Source: Patescibacteria group bacterium
GTDB lineage: Bacteria; Patescibacteriota; Microgenomatia; UBA8517
Assembly (NCBI GenBank): GCA_036835125.1
Contig: DAITMO010000001.1
Location: 319,508-383,507 of the forward strand
Direction of reading: 5' to 3'
Length of the DNA: 64,000 nucleotides
The notes beneath the pieces were generated by a model, which saw only the letters and a program-made list of their open reading frames with translations, was not told the origin of the DNA and did no database searches. Within the stretch, counting starts at the first letter, position 1, and each line of letters starts with the position of its first letter. Made by a program: the position numbers and the translations under genes. Below, piece by piece: positions 53,176 to 63,156 of the stretch.

Positions 53176-53846
53176 TAAAAACAATAAAATTAAAATTTAT
53201 ATTTGCTAAACATAAGATTTATAAGATATTAAATAATTTGCACAGGATTATGGTGAACCCTGAAAAACAGGAACTGAGTTTATATTGGGATAAGGAGTTT
53301 GCAAAGATCCTTGATACATGGGGAGAGGATAATGTTTGGTTGGAAATTCAACTTCTTTTAATAAATTGCAAAGGTACAGTTTTAGATGTTGCATGTGGTA
53401 CTGGACGAACAATGGAAATATTGAACAAATATAAAAATATAAATGTCCATGGATTTGATATTTCTGAATTTTTAATTGAAAAAGCTAAAGAAAGGGGTAT
53501 AGACAAGAAAAAACTGAAAATTTGTGATGCCACAAAAACAAATTATCCAAATAACTTTTTTGACTACTCGTATTCAATAGGTTCTCTTGAACATTTTACA
53601 AAAAAAGGAATTTCTGGATTCCTAAATGAATGTAGCAGATATACTAAAATTGGTAGTTTCCACATGATTCCTGTTTCAAGAAGTGGAAAGAACGAAGGTT
53701 GGTTAAAAACAAAACAAAGTTTTTTTAATAATTCAGAAAATTGGTGGTTAAAATATTTCTCTTCAAATTTCAAAAATGTATATGTTATAAATTCGAAGTG
53801 GGAAGATGGCATTTCTATTGGTAAATGGTTTTTGTGTTATAAATGA
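53172..53846 (+). CDS. class I SAM-dependent methyltransferase
   Basis: Motif I VLDVACGTGRTMEIL. ATGA overlap with the upstream gene. Confidence 0.7.
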   Translation: MIKTIKLKFIFAKHKIYKILNNLHRIMVNPEKQELSLYWDKEFAKILDTWGEDNVWLEIQLLLINCKGTVLDVACGTGRTMEILNKYKNINVHGFDISEFLIEKAKERGIDKKKLKICDATKTNYPNNFFDYSYSIGSLEHFTKKGISGFLNECSRYTKIGSFHMIPVSRSGKNEGWLKTKQSFFNNSENWWLKYFSSNFKNVYVINSKWEDGISIGKWFLCYK

Positions 53847-53871
53847 AAATATAGTTAATTAATTTAAACTA

Positions 53872-54447
53872 ATGTTATTTAAATTACTAAAAAAAATAAT
53901 TATTAAGATAATTGGATATGTTAATTTAAGACAGATTGACAGAATTGGAACGAATTCCGTGGTAAATGGCACTCTCGATAAAAGGAATAGCAAGTCTAAA
54001 ATAGAAATAGGTAAAGATTGTTTGATTTCTGGTACCTTAGTTTGTGAGACGAAGAATTCTAGGATAATCATAGGAAACAATGTCTTTGTTGGTGGCGGAG
54101 CATTATTGGACTCTGCTATTAGAATTGAAATTCAGGATGATGTATTGGTTTCATATCAATGTCTGTTACAAGACAGCGACAATCACAACTTGGATTTTGA
54201 AATTCGTAAGAATGACTTGCGTGACTGGAGAAATAACAATAAACATAATTGGGATACAACTCCTATGAAGCCAATATTGATAAAAAGGGGAGCGTGGATT
54301 GGTGCGCGGGCAATAATATTAAAAGGTGTGACCATTGGTGAATGTGCTGTTGTGGGTGCAGGAAGTGTGGTGACGAAAGATGTGGAATCTTATACAGTAG
54401 TGGCTGGAAACCCAGCAAGATTTATCAAGAATATTAAACACACATGA
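53872..54447 (+). CDS. hexapeptide-repeat (LbH) acyl/acetyltransferase, likely sugar O/N-acetyltransferase
   Basis: Repeated [LIV]G...... hexapeptides (IIIGNNVFVGGGALLDSAIRIEIQDDVLV; IKRGAWIGARAIILKGVTIGECAVVGAGSVVTKDV) and VAGNPARFIK at the C-terminus. Confidence 0.75.
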   Translation: MLFKLLKKIIIKIIGYVNLRQIDRIGTNSVVNGTLDKRNSKSKIEIGKDCLISGTLVCETKNSRIIIGNNVFVGGGALLDSAIRIEIQDDVLVSYQCLLQDSDNHNLDFEIRKNDLRDWRNNNKHNWDTTPMKPILIKRGAWIGARAIILKGVTIGECAVVGAGSVVTKDVESYTVVAGNPARFIKNIKHT

Positions 54448-55193
54448 ATTGGGAAGAAACAATAGTTTGGCTTAGAGATCAAAAAAGCAAAAGAGATCTG
54501 GTTAAAGATTGTTTCTATGATGATCCAATAGTGTCAGCCGCTGATCGTTATTGGAAAAGCAGCGAATGGGATGCTGTTAAAAAATTTTTACCGAGGAAAA
54601 AAGGAAACATTTTAGATATTGGAGCAGGAAGGGGAATTACTTCATATGCTTTCGCCAAAGATGGCTGGAAAGTAACTGCAGTTGAACCTAATCCTGGAAA
54701 GATTGTTGGAATTGGTGCTATCAAAGAACTGTCAAAAAGCTCTGGTATCTCTATAACAGTGTGTAATAAGTGGGGAGAAAAATTACCTTTTGAAGATTTA
54801 TCATTTGATGTTGTTTTTGTTCGCGAAGTTCTCCACCACGCAAAGGATCTTGATAAGTTTTGTAAGGAAATGTGTAGGGTTCTCAAAAAGGGAGGGACAT
54901 TCATTGCAATAAGAGAACATGTTGTTAACAACGAAGCTGATCTCAGAATTTTTTTAAAAAAACATCCATTACATAAATTATATGGTGGTGAGAATGCTTA
55001 TAAGTTGAATGTTTATATTGATGCAATTGAAAAAGCAGGAGTAAGATTAACGAGTATATTGAACCCTCTTGAATCAGACATAAATTTATATCCTAGAAAA
55101 AATTCATTTATACCTGTGACAATAATGTCATTTATAGGCAGCCTAATAAACTATCCAGGTAGACTTTATTCGTTTATTGGTAGAAAAAAATGA
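54444..55193 (+). CDS. class I SAM-dependent methyltransferase
   Basis: Motif I ILDIGAGRGITSYAFAKDGWKVTAVEP and motif II/III VVFVREVLHH. Confidence 0.7.
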   Translation: MNWEETIVWLRDQKSKRDLVKDCFYDDPIVSAADRYWKSSEWDAVKKFLPRKKGNILDIGAGRGITSYAFAKDGWKVTAVEPNPGKIVGIGAIKELSKSSGISITVCNKWGEKLPFEDLSFDVVFVREVLHHAKDLDKFCKEMCRVLKKGGTFIAIREHVVNNEADLRIFLKKHPLHKLYGGENAYKLNVYIDAIEKAGVRLTSILNPLESDINLYPRKNSFIPVTIMSFIGSLINYPGRLYSFIGRKK

Positions 55194-56113
55194 TGGAAAA
55201 AACAATTATTGTGACTGGTGCTGCGGGTTTTTTGGGAAGGAACGTATCGAAATATTTTTCGAGTATGGGATGGAAAGTGTATGGAGTTGGCTTGGGTGAT
55301 TGGAGCTATACTTCTTATTCTGATTGGGGGTTGGAAAAGTGGGTAAAAACAGAAGTTAGTCTTGAAGTACTCAATTCACTGCAAATTGAACCAGATGTAA
55401 TTGTTCATTGTGCAGGCAAGGGGTCAGTTGGTTTTTCAGTCACAAACCCAGAAGAAGATTATAAAGCTAATGTTGATAGTCTTTTGCCTGCATTGGAATT
55501 TGTTAGAACAAAAAAACTAAAGACAAGAATCATTTATCCTTCAAGCGCTGCAGTTTATGGAGAAAAGGAAAACAAACCAATTAATGAAAGTGATATTCTT
55601 TCTCCAATCTCTCCCTATGGTTTTCATAAAAAGATGGCAGAAGAATTGTGTTACTCTTACTCAACTAATTTTGGTTTAAATATATCAGTCATAAGGTTTT
55701 TTTCACTATACGGTATAGGACTTCGTAAACAGCTTCTGTGGGAGGCATGTAAAAAAGTAGACATTGAAAAAGGTGACAAAGTGCAATTTTTTGGAACAGG
55801 AAAAGAAGTTAGGGATTGGCTAAACATTGAAGACGCCTCACGTTTAATATATGAGTTGTCAAAATCAAGAAATACTTTTGAGGTTGTTAATGGGGCAAGT
55901 GGAAAAGCAGTTAGAAACGAAGACATAATACAAATGCTTATAGATAGTTTTGGCAAGAAAATGTCTGTTGAGTTTAATGGCATGAATAGAAATGGAGATC
56001 CTAAAAACTACTGGGCTGATATATCCAAGGCGTTAGCTCTTGATTGGAAACCAAATATCGATTTAAGTGAAGGGATTAATGAATATGTTAAATACTATAA
56101 ATCCATAAAATGA
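55190..56113 (+). CDS. NAD-dependent epimerase/dehydratase (extended SDR), sugar-nucleotide modifying
   Basis: TIIVTGAAGFLGRNV glycine motif; catalytic SPYGFHKKMAEEL (YxxxK); 307 aa. Confidence 0.7.
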   Translation: MMEKTIIVTGAAGFLGRNVSKYFSSMGWKVYGVGLGDWSYTSYSDWGLEKWVKTEVSLEVLNSLQIEPDVIVHCAGKGSVGFSVTNPEEDYKANVDSLLPALEFVRTKKLKTRIIYPSSAAVYGEKENKPINESDILSPISPYGFHKKMAEELCYSYSTNFGLNISVIRFFSLYGIGLRKQLLWEACKKVDIEKGDKVQFFGTGKEVRDWLNIEDASRLIYELSKSRNTFEVVNGASGKAVRNEDIIQMLIDSFGKKMSVEFNGMNRNGDPKNYWADISKALALDWKPNIDLSEGINEYVKYYKSIK

Positions 56114-57273
56114 AAAGAGTAGGCTTTGTAGTCTTAACATCAAACAACTGGCTAGGAGGAATAAATTACTTCAAAAACCTTCTTTATGCAATTTCTAAAT
56201 TGAAGGACAAAAAGATCCAACCTGTGTTATTTTTTGGAACGAAAGAAAACAAAAATACCATAAAATATTTTAGTTCCTATGGAGTAATTGTCCAAAGTAG
56301 AATTCTAGATAGAGATAATCTATGGGGTTTAGTCAACGTTGCTTTAATGAGACTTTTAAATTGGAGTTTTTTATTAGAAAAACTCTTTACAGAAAATAAC
56401 ATAGATGTAGTTTCCCATTCTAGGTTTATTACAGGCAACAAAAAGATTAAAACAATCAATTGGATAGTAGATTTTCAGCACATTTATCTTCCCGAAATGT
56501 TTTCTGTAATTGAGAGAATGTACAGGAATATATTATTTGCTAGATATGCAAAGTATAGTGACATAGTAATTTTAAGTAGCAATAGTGCATATAAAGATTT
56601 CAAAAAAATCTATCCGAAATATGCAGATAAGGGTAAAATTCTGCATTTTGTATCCCAGATCTCGGAAAATATACACAAATGCAATGACATTGCCAAAGTA
56701 AAAAGGAAATATGGTTTTGAAAGAAAATACTTTTTTCTACCAAATCAATTATGGAGACATAAGAACCATATGGTAGTTTTAGAAGCAATAAATTTTTTAA
56801 AACAACAAGGAAAGGAAGTGTTGGTTGTTTGTACTGGCAATATGAATGATTATAGAAATTCGAAATATGTGAATCAAATTAAGGATTATATAAAAAGACA
56901 CAATCTACAAAACAATATTCTTTTTCTGGGATTAGTGGATAATAACGAATTTCTAACATTATTCAGACATTCTTTGGCAGTAATAAATCCTTCATTGTTT
57001 GAGGGTTGGAGTACAACAGTAGAAGAAGCAAAAAGTATGAATAAAGATATAATCCTTTCTGACATAGAAGTTCACAAAGAGCAAAATCCTTCAAATTCCA
57101 CATATTTTGACCCGAATAATGGAGAAGAACTTGCCGAAAAACTTTGGAACAAATGGCAAAAGAGTAAAGATAAAACCTATTACAAACTTGAAAAATTTGT
57201 TTTGAGAGACATTGCGCTTAAAATAGCCGATTTTGGGAAAAAATATCAAGAAATAATTCTTGATATAATGTAG
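56110..57273 (+). CDS. GT4 (GT-B) glycosyltransferase
   Basis: VINPSLFEGWSTTVEEAKSMNKDIILSD is the GT4 EX7E region. About 390 aa. Confidence 0.65.
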   Translation: MKRVGFVVLTSNNWLGGINYFKNLLYAISKLKDKKIQPVLFFGTKENKNTIKYFSSYGVIVQSRILDRDNLWGLVNVALMRLLNWSFLLEKLFTENNIDVVSHSRFITGNKKIKTINWIVDFQHIYLPEMFSVIERMYRNILFARYAKYSDIVILSSNSAYKDFKKIYPKYADKGKILHFVSQISENIHKCNDIAKVKRKYGFERKYFFLPNQLWRHKNHMVVLEAINFLKQQGKEVLVVCTGNMNDYRNSKYVNQIKDYIKRHNLQNNILFLGLVDNNEFLTLFRHSLAVINPSLFEGWSTTVEEAKSMNKDIILSDIEVHKEQNPSNSTYFDPNNGEELAEKLWNKWQKSKDKTYYKLEKFVLRDIALKIADFGKKYQEIILDIM

Positions 57274-57328
57274 ACATGAACGGCGTTTCTATTAAACAAA
57301 TACGAATCAAACCGTTGATTAAATCGTA

Positions 57329-58546
57329 ATGCTAAAAATTAAACGCAGTTCCATTATTGTAGTTGATCACCCTTCACAATTGTTGCTTGCCTGTAATCTT
57401 AGTACTTTCCTATCTAATGAATATGGATACAGGAGTAAGCTGCTGATATTCAAACATGAATATTGGAAATATTTCCATATAGGAAAATATAAAAAATTCT
57501 TTTCAAAAATATATTGGTTTGATAGATGCTGGTACCCTCCGCCTCATATGAATATTTTCAAACAACTTGTTTCATCTATTTTATTGCTACCACAGTTGTT
57601 TTATATAAAAATTAAATTGATTTCTATTGGTGTGAAAAAAAGAGACATAATTTTTGGATTATCTAATTGTACTTTTTTAGAAGATTTGGTTATTAGTACT
57701 TTCAGAGATTCGAAAAAAATTGCAATGATGTTTTCCTTGGATTATAACTTTTGGTTAAACAGACCGAATAGCGATAAATTTGGAACGAATTTATCAATAG
57801 AAATTACACAATTGATAAGACACTTATTTGGTTTGCCAAAAACACTTTTTCTATATAATAAAAAAGTAAGTAAGCTTGGAGACGGTGATTATTATTTTGG
57901 ATATGATGACAAAATAAACAAAATATTTGACGCGCTTCTGTTGATATATGATGGTCATAAGATTACCAATAAAAATCTTCAAGACAAAAATGTGTATACG
58001 GCCACCTTTCCACATTTAATCAATATGAATTTTTCTGAATCGACTAAAAAGAAAATAATTTTCTTAGGCTCTGATTTTTTAATAGGCAACAACGCTGATC
58101 AAAAAGTATTTATTTATGAAATTAACCAATATTTGGATTATCTGAGGCGTTTGTATTCAAATAAGTATATATTGGTTTACAAACCACATCCAAGAGAAAC
58201 TCTAGAAAGCACTTTGTTGAACTTAAAAGGTTTTGTGAAAATAAATGATAAAAGACCAGCGGAAATATTTTTTATAGAAAATAAGAAAAATATTAAATCA
58301 GTTTTTTCAGTGGTGTCGACTGCTATTTTATCTTCATATAGTATTGGGATTGATGGTTATTTATTTCTTAATCTATTTCCATTTGATGAAGTCCGATCAT
58401 CTATTTACAATAAATTGTTTTCAAACTTGCCGCGGTCCTGTTTTATAGATAATCTGGAGGCACCTCCCAAACCTGTTATAAAGAAGAATGGCTCAAATAT
58501 ACCTAGTTTTAGCGAATCACTGCATAAATTGCTTAAAAACATATGA
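57329..58546 (+). CDS. hypothetical GT-B-like transferase with HP motif (sialyl-/Kdo-transferase-like or capsule-synthesis family)
   Basis: It has no GT2/GT4 signature. ILVYKPHPRE contains the His-Pro dyad conserved in CMP-sugar-utilising sialyl/Kdo transferases. It lies directly upstream of a CMP-sugar synthetase-like gene. Length 405 aa. Confidence 0.3.
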   Translation: MLKIKRSSIIVVDHPSQLLLACNLSTFLSNEYGYRSKLLIFKHEYWKYFHIGKYKKFFSKIYWFDRCWYPPPHMNIFKQLVSSILLLPQLFYIKIKLISIGVKKRDIIFGLSNCTFLEDLVISTFRDSKKIAMMFSLDYNFWLNRPNSDKFGTNLSIEITQLIRHLFGLPKTLFLYNKKVSKLGDGDYYFGYDDKINKIFDALLLIYDGHKITNKNLQDKNVYTATFPHLINMNFSESTKKKIIFLGSDFLIGNNADQKVFIYEINQYLDYLRRLYSNKYILVYKPHPRETLESTLLNLKGFVKINDKRPAEIFFIENKKNIKSVFSVVSTAILSSYSIGIDGYLFLNLFPFDEVRSSIYNKLFSNLPRSCFIDNLEAPPKPVIKKNGSNIPSFSESLHKLLKNI

Positions 58547-59421
58547 AACAGACAAACAAAAATAAAATAGAAGAAACACTTTTTAAGTTGTCAATTTGTA
58601 GCCCGAGAACAATATATGAATATTATCCCAGGACTCGAGATAGGAGTGATGTTAAAGTGATGAGATGTAAGCGTTGTGGTGTAATCTTTCTTTCCCGCAC
58701 AGATCATATATCAGGTAAGCATTATGAACGGATGAAAAAAAATGACTATTGGTCGATCGCCGAGAAAAAACAAATGGATTTAGATGACAAAATACGGGCA
58801 ACAAGATATAAGTCTGTGATTTTTGGAAAAAAATGGCTTGATGTTGGGACTGGAATGGGAGGCATTATGAATCTGTTAAGAGGTGTTTCAAGAGAAGTGA
58901 CTGGAGTAGAACCCCAAAATGATATTCGCAGAGATCTAAGAAAAAAAGGTTTTGAGGTGTTTGCAGGAATAGATGAAGTAAAGGAAAATAACTTTGACAT
59001 AGTAACCATGTTCCATGTTCTTGAACATTTAGATGATCCTATCTCCTTTATTCAAAAAGTCCATAGAAAAATTGTCAAAAATGGAAAATTGGTTATTGAA
59101 GTACCGCATGCAAATGATTTTTTGATAAAAACTCTTAATTTAAAATCATTTAAAAACTTCACTTTTTGGAGCGAACACCTAATTTTACATACAAGACAAA
59201 GTCTAACGCTTTTCTTAAAAAAAGCTGGTTTCAAAAAAGTTAAGGTTTATGGTTTCCAGAGATATGGTTTGATGAATCATGTCTATTGGTTGGTCAAAGG
59301 GAAACCAGGGGGTCAAATTTTCTGGAGTAAATATAATTCAAAATTTATTGATAAAATATATTCGTATTTACTTGACAAAATTGACCGTACAGATACACTA
59401 GTTGCTATCGCAGAAAAATAA
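58543..59421 (+). CDS. class I SAM-dependent methyltransferase with N-terminal zinc-ribbon-like Cys pair
   Basis: MRCKRCGVIFLS (CxxC) followed by motif I WLDVGTGMGGIMNLL and motif II IVTMFHVLEHL. Confidence 0.7.
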   Translation: MKQTNKNKIEETLFKLSICSPRTIYEYYPRTRDRSDVKVMRCKRCGVIFLSRTDHISGKHYERMKKNDYWSIAEKKQMDLDDKIRATRYKSVIFGKKWLDVGTGMGGIMNLLRGVSREVTGVEPQNDIRRDLRKKGFEVFAGIDEVKENNFDIVTMFHVLEHLDDPISFIQKVHRKIVKNGKLVIEVPHANDFLIKTLNLKSFKNFTFWSEHLILHTRQSLTLFLKKAGFKKVKVYGFQRYGLMNHVYWLVKGKPGGQIFWSKYNSKFIDKIYSYLLDKIDRTDTLVAIAEK

Positions 59422-59432
59422 CCAATAGATTT

Positions 59433-60218
59433 ATGAGAAAAAAAAGTGCAATCTTTATTACTGTTAGAACCACATCTTCTCGACTACCCCAAAAAGCATT
59501 GCTTAAGATACGTAATCAGAGAGTGATTGAACATGTAATTGATCGGGCCAAACTTTGTAAAAATGCTAATCTGGTAGTTCTTTGTACAACAACAAATAAA
59601 GAAGATGATGTTCTAGTAGATATTGCAAAGAGAAAGAAAATAAAGTCATTTCGTGGATCAGAGAAAGATAAACTTGTTAGATGGCGGGATGCTGCACGAG
59701 AATTTAAGATTGACTATTTTGCAACATTTGACGGCGATGATTTTTTTTGTTCTCCAATTTTAGTCGATTTATCAATTCTTCAAATGTCCAAAAATCCTTG
59801 TGATATTATTCAGGCCCCACAGGGATTGATTTGTGGTTCTTTTACGTTCTGCATCTCTGTTAAAGCGCTTGAAAAAGTATGTGAAATAAAAGATTCCAAT
59901 GAAACAGAAATGATGTGGGGATATTTTACAGAAACTGGATTATTTAGTGTAAATAATCTACAAGTTAGAAACCCTCTTTATTTTAATTCTAAAATTAGAA
60001 TGACATTGGATTATGCTGAAGATTTTGCATTCTTCTATAGAATTTATGACCGGATGCATATGAAAAAAAACAACGTGGATTTAATAAAAATTATAAAAAT
60101 GCTAAATAAAAATCCAGATATTCCAAAAATAAATATTTTTCGTCAAACGCAGTTCTTGCAAAACCAAAAGAATAAGACTAATATTTTGCTTAAGAAGAAT
60201 ATAAATTATGAAAATTGA
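59433..60218 (+). CDS. cytidylyltransferase of the CMP-ulosonic acid synthetase / SpsF family (CTP_transf_3)
   Basis: AIFITVRTTSSRLPQKALLKI matches the I.AR..S.RLP.K.L N-terminal signature of SpsF/NeuA/KdsB-type cytidylyltransferases. Length 261 aa. Confidence 0.6.
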   Translation: MRKKSAIFITVRTTSSRLPQKALLKIRNQRVIEHVIDRAKLCKNANLVVLCTTTNKEDDVLVDIAKRKKIKSFRGSEKDKLVRWRDAAREFKIDYFATFDGDDFFCSPILVDLSILQMSKNPCDIIQAPQGLICGSFTFCISVKALEKVCEIKDSNETEMMWGYFTETGLFSVNNLQVRNPLYFNSKIRMTLDYAEDFAFFYRIYDRMHMKKNNVDLIKIIKMLNKNPDIPKINIFRQTQFLQNQKNKTNILLKKNINYEN

Positions 60219-61443
60219 TAAAGGATGGCGCTTCAGAGGGAACGAGTTGAAGTATATAAAACAAGTGTTGGACGCAGGGATGGGTAGTGGAACGACTGGG
60301 AGTTTCAATATGAGAGTCGAACAGGCGTTTGCTAAGAAGTTTGGAGTTAAATATGCCATTACTTCAAATTCAGGCACTTCAACTTTACATCAAGCATTAA
60401 TGGCGTTTGGAGTTTGTCCAGGTGATGAAGTTTTAGTTCCTGCTTTAAGTCCAATAATGTGCGGTATTGCTCCCGTCTTTGCAGGTGCTAAACCTGTTTT
60501 TGTTGATGTTGATAAAGATACGTTTTTAATGGATCCAAAAGATATTGAAAAGAAGATTACTAAGAAAACAAAAGTAATTATGGCAGTTAATTTATATGGA
60601 CAGATGTGCGATATGAGTTCAATAATGGCAATTGCGCGAAAATATAATTTGTATGTTCTTGAGGATTGTGCAGAGTGTTATTTGGCGAGGGATAATAAGG
60701 GACGATTAGCTGGCACAGTCGGACATATTGGTAGTTTCAGTATGCAAACTACAAAGCATATTACTTCAGGTGACGGTGGAATACTTGTTACAAACAATGA
60801 AAAATTGGCTGAAAGAATGAGGAAATTTGGTGGTTTGGGATTCAAACACCTTCGTGCAGATAGAACTAAAATTAAAAAGAATAGGGATCTATTTCAAGAT
60901 CCAAATTATCAAAGACATGATAATTTGGGGTGGAATTATAGATTATCAGAATTAGGAGCCTCTGTAGCGCTTGCACAAATAGAAAAACTAGATTGGTTAA
61001 TAAACAAAAGGCAACAAATGGCAAGGAAGTACTTAGAAGCATTAGATGGCTGTAGTTGGATTACGCCGCAATTTCTACCCAAGGATTATATTCATTCTTA
61101 CTATACTTTTGTTGCCCGATATGATGGATTAGAAAAAAGGGGTGTAAGTTGGTTTGATTTTAGAAAGAAATATATTGAGTTTGGTGGAGATGGAATTTAT
61201 TCTGCTTGGGTTCTAATTTACAATGAACCAATAATGAAGTTGATGAGTGAAGAAGGACGTTTCTCTAAAGATATAGATGGACAAGCTACTGCTTATAAGG
61301 GTTTCTTGAAAAATAATTGTCACTGTCCAAATGCTGAATTGTTACAACCTAAAATTTTGCAATTTACAACAAACCAGAACACCATAACAGAAATGAACAA
61401 ACAAAGGGACGTTCTAGGAAAAACAATAAAATATTTTGATTAG
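60208..61443 (+). CDS. DegT/DnrJ/EryC1/StrS-family PLP-dependent sugar aminotransferase
   Basis: FGVKYAITSNSGTSTLHQALMAFGV...; the lysine region SFSMQTTKHITSGDGG matches the SF...K.i..GeGG PLP-lysine motif. Confidence 0.8.
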   Translation: MKIDKGWRFRGNELKYIKQVLDAGMGSGTTGSFNMRVEQAFAKKFGVKYAITSNSGTSTLHQALMAFGVCPGDEVLVPALSPIMCGIAPVFAGAKPVFVDVDKDTFLMDPKDIEKKITKKTKVIMAVNLYGQMCDMSSIMAIARKYNLYVLEDCAECYLARDNKGRLAGTVGHIGSFSMQTTKHITSGDGGILVTNNEKLAERMRKFGGLGFKHLRADRTKIKKNRDLFQDPNYQRHDNLGWNYRLSELGASVALAQIEKLDWLINKRQQMARKYLEALDGCSWITPQFLPKDYIHSYYTFVARYDGLEKRGVSWFDFRKKYIEFGGDGIYSAWVLIYNEPIMKLMSEEGRFSKDIDGQATAYKGFLKNNCHCPNAELLQPKILQFTTNQNTITEMNKQRDVLGKTIKYFD

Positions 61444-61460
61444 CTTCCATTACTTTTTCA

Positions 61461-62543
61461 ATGTCCAATAATAGTAATTCCGAAAATCTGTTTTTGCCAA
61501 ATAATCATAGTAATTATAAGACCAAGTGGAGAAATGTATCACCTTCGGTTTGGCGAAAGGTTGAACAAATATCATCCAAATATTATGACCTCGGATATAT
61601 AAAGGATATCAAACAAAATGATGAATGGGAGAAAATGAGTAATAACTTTAAAATATCTTCAATAAAGGATGGGATACTTATTAGTAGTTTGTTAAGAAAG
61701 AATATTAATATTAAGAATATAAGAAAAATTAATTCAATTGAGAAGATATCTTCATTCTTAAGATTAAAGGGTGTTGTCACACCCAAGATAAAACCAACAA
61801 AAACAGGAGAAAATTGTTGTCATTCAGATAGTCATTACTGGCAGTTGTTTGAATTCATTCCTGGAGATCATTATCGTGGAACCGAATCTCAACTAAAGAA
61901 TGTTGCCATGGAAATTTCTAAAATGCATACGGTGTTTTCTGAAATTCCTTTTGAGGTAGAAAAAAAAGCAAAGATAGCATGGAAAAAAAACGAATGGGAA
62001 GACATGTTCGAAAGATCTAAGTTTGGAGGAACAGAATTGGATAATAAAATTTATAAAGAAAAAGAATACATTACTGATACTATTAATTGGGTTGGCAATA
62101 ATTATGAACCGACTATCCAAACTTTTCAGGCAATACATGGAGATTTGCATCCCCAAAATACACTGTACCAAGGAAACAAGCTTGTTGGCATTCTTGATTT
62201 CGATGACACAAAAGTAAGTGAGCGCATTAGAGATTTTGGAAATGCCCTTCATCGTTTTGTAAGACAATACGTAGTTTTTCAAAACAAACCCTGGAAAGAA
62301 GAACTGCCCAAAGGAATATTTATGTTTATAAATTCTTATTCTAAGATAATAAATATTAATGAAAAGGAGTTACGTACAACTGAGGTTTTGATGAAGGATG
62401 AGTTATTGCGAAAATTATTTGTTGGTTTAAAGCAGTACTATGTAGATGGAGATGACAGGCATATTTCTCATGGGGAATTTGAAAAAAAGATAAACCTACT
62501 GAAAGAAACGAGGTTTTTTGGTAAAATTTTAAAATCATACTAA
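61461..62543 (+). CDS. protein-kinase-like fold phosphotransferase (APH/choline-kinase family)
   Basis: Brenner motif IHGDLHPQNTL and the downstream ILDFDD metal-binding Asp. Confidence 0.65.
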   Translation: MSNNSNSENLFLPNNHSNYKTKWRNVSPSVWRKVEQISSKYYDLGYIKDIKQNDEWEKMSNNFKISSIKDGILISSLLRKNINIKNIRKINSIEKISSFLRLKGVVTPKIKPTKTGENCCHSDSHYWQLFEFIPGDHYRGTESQLKNVAMEISKMHTVFSEIPFEVEKKAKIAWKKNEWEDMFERSKFGGTELDNKIYKEKEYITDTINWVGNNYEPTIQTFQAIHGDLHPQNTLYQGNKLVGILDFDDTKVSERIRDFGNALHRFVRQYVVFQNKPWKEELPKGIFMFINSYSKIININEKELRTTEVLMKDELLRKLFVGLKQYYVDGDDRHISHGEFEKKINLLKETRFFGKILKSY

Positions 62544-62601
62544 TTAATAGAAAATATGAGGTTGTGTTACAGTGTTAAAGATGTAAACTAACGGAGATAA
62601 T

Positions 62602-63153
62602 ATGATAAATAAAAAATTGCCTCTAAATGAACGATTGAAAAAAATTCGATTGATTGCCTCTGACGTGGATGGAGTGCTAACAGATGGAAAAATAAGATTG
62701 GTTGGTGAGGAGGAAATGAAGGTATTTAATGGTAAAGAGGCTATGAAGATAGATATGATAATCAGAAGTGGAATTCCTGTAGTTTGGATTACTGGACGTA
62801 AATGTGCTGCTGTTATAAAAAGAGGAAAAGAATTGAATATTCGTTTAATTTTCAAAAAAGAATTACAAGCAAAAAAATTATTATTGAATGAAGATTTTGA
62901 AAAAAATTACAAAGTTTCCCCCGAACAAGTTTTATATGTTGGTGATGATTTCAACGACTTGTTTTTAATGTCATATTTTGGTGTGTCTGCAACTCCACAT
63001 GATGGATCTGCTCAAAATATCAAGATTGCTGATATTGTAACCAATAAAAATGGCGGCGATGGAGTATTAGCTGAAGTCATTGAAATGGTCATGAAGGCTC
63101 AGGGAACATGGAATAAATATCTTAAGGAATATACTGATCACTTTCTTGAATAA
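62602..63153 (+). CDS. HAD-IIIA phosphatase of the KdsC family (ulosonic-acid phosphate phosphatase-like)
   Basis: DVDGVLTDGKI (DxDGVxTDG motif I), VLYVGDDFNDL (motif III) and 183 aa length match KdsC and Neu5Ac/KDN-9-P phosphatases. Confidence 0.7.
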   Translation: MINKKLPLNERLKKIRLIASDVDGVLTDGKIRLVGEEEMKVFNGKEAMKIDMIIRSGIPVVWITGRKCAAVIKRGKELNIRLIFKKELQAKKLLLNEDFEKNYKVSPEQVLYVGDDFNDLFLMSYFGVSATPHDGSAQNIKIADIVTNKNGGDGVLAEVIEMVMKAQGTWNKYLKEYTDHFLE

Positions 63154-63156
63154 AAA

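Noticed and set aside
57274-57328. Possible Rho-independent terminator or hairpin (gAACGGcg...aaaCCGTTg) in the 55-bp spacer before 57329
   Set aside because: The stem is only about 5 bp with a long loop and no U-tract. It is too weak to call.
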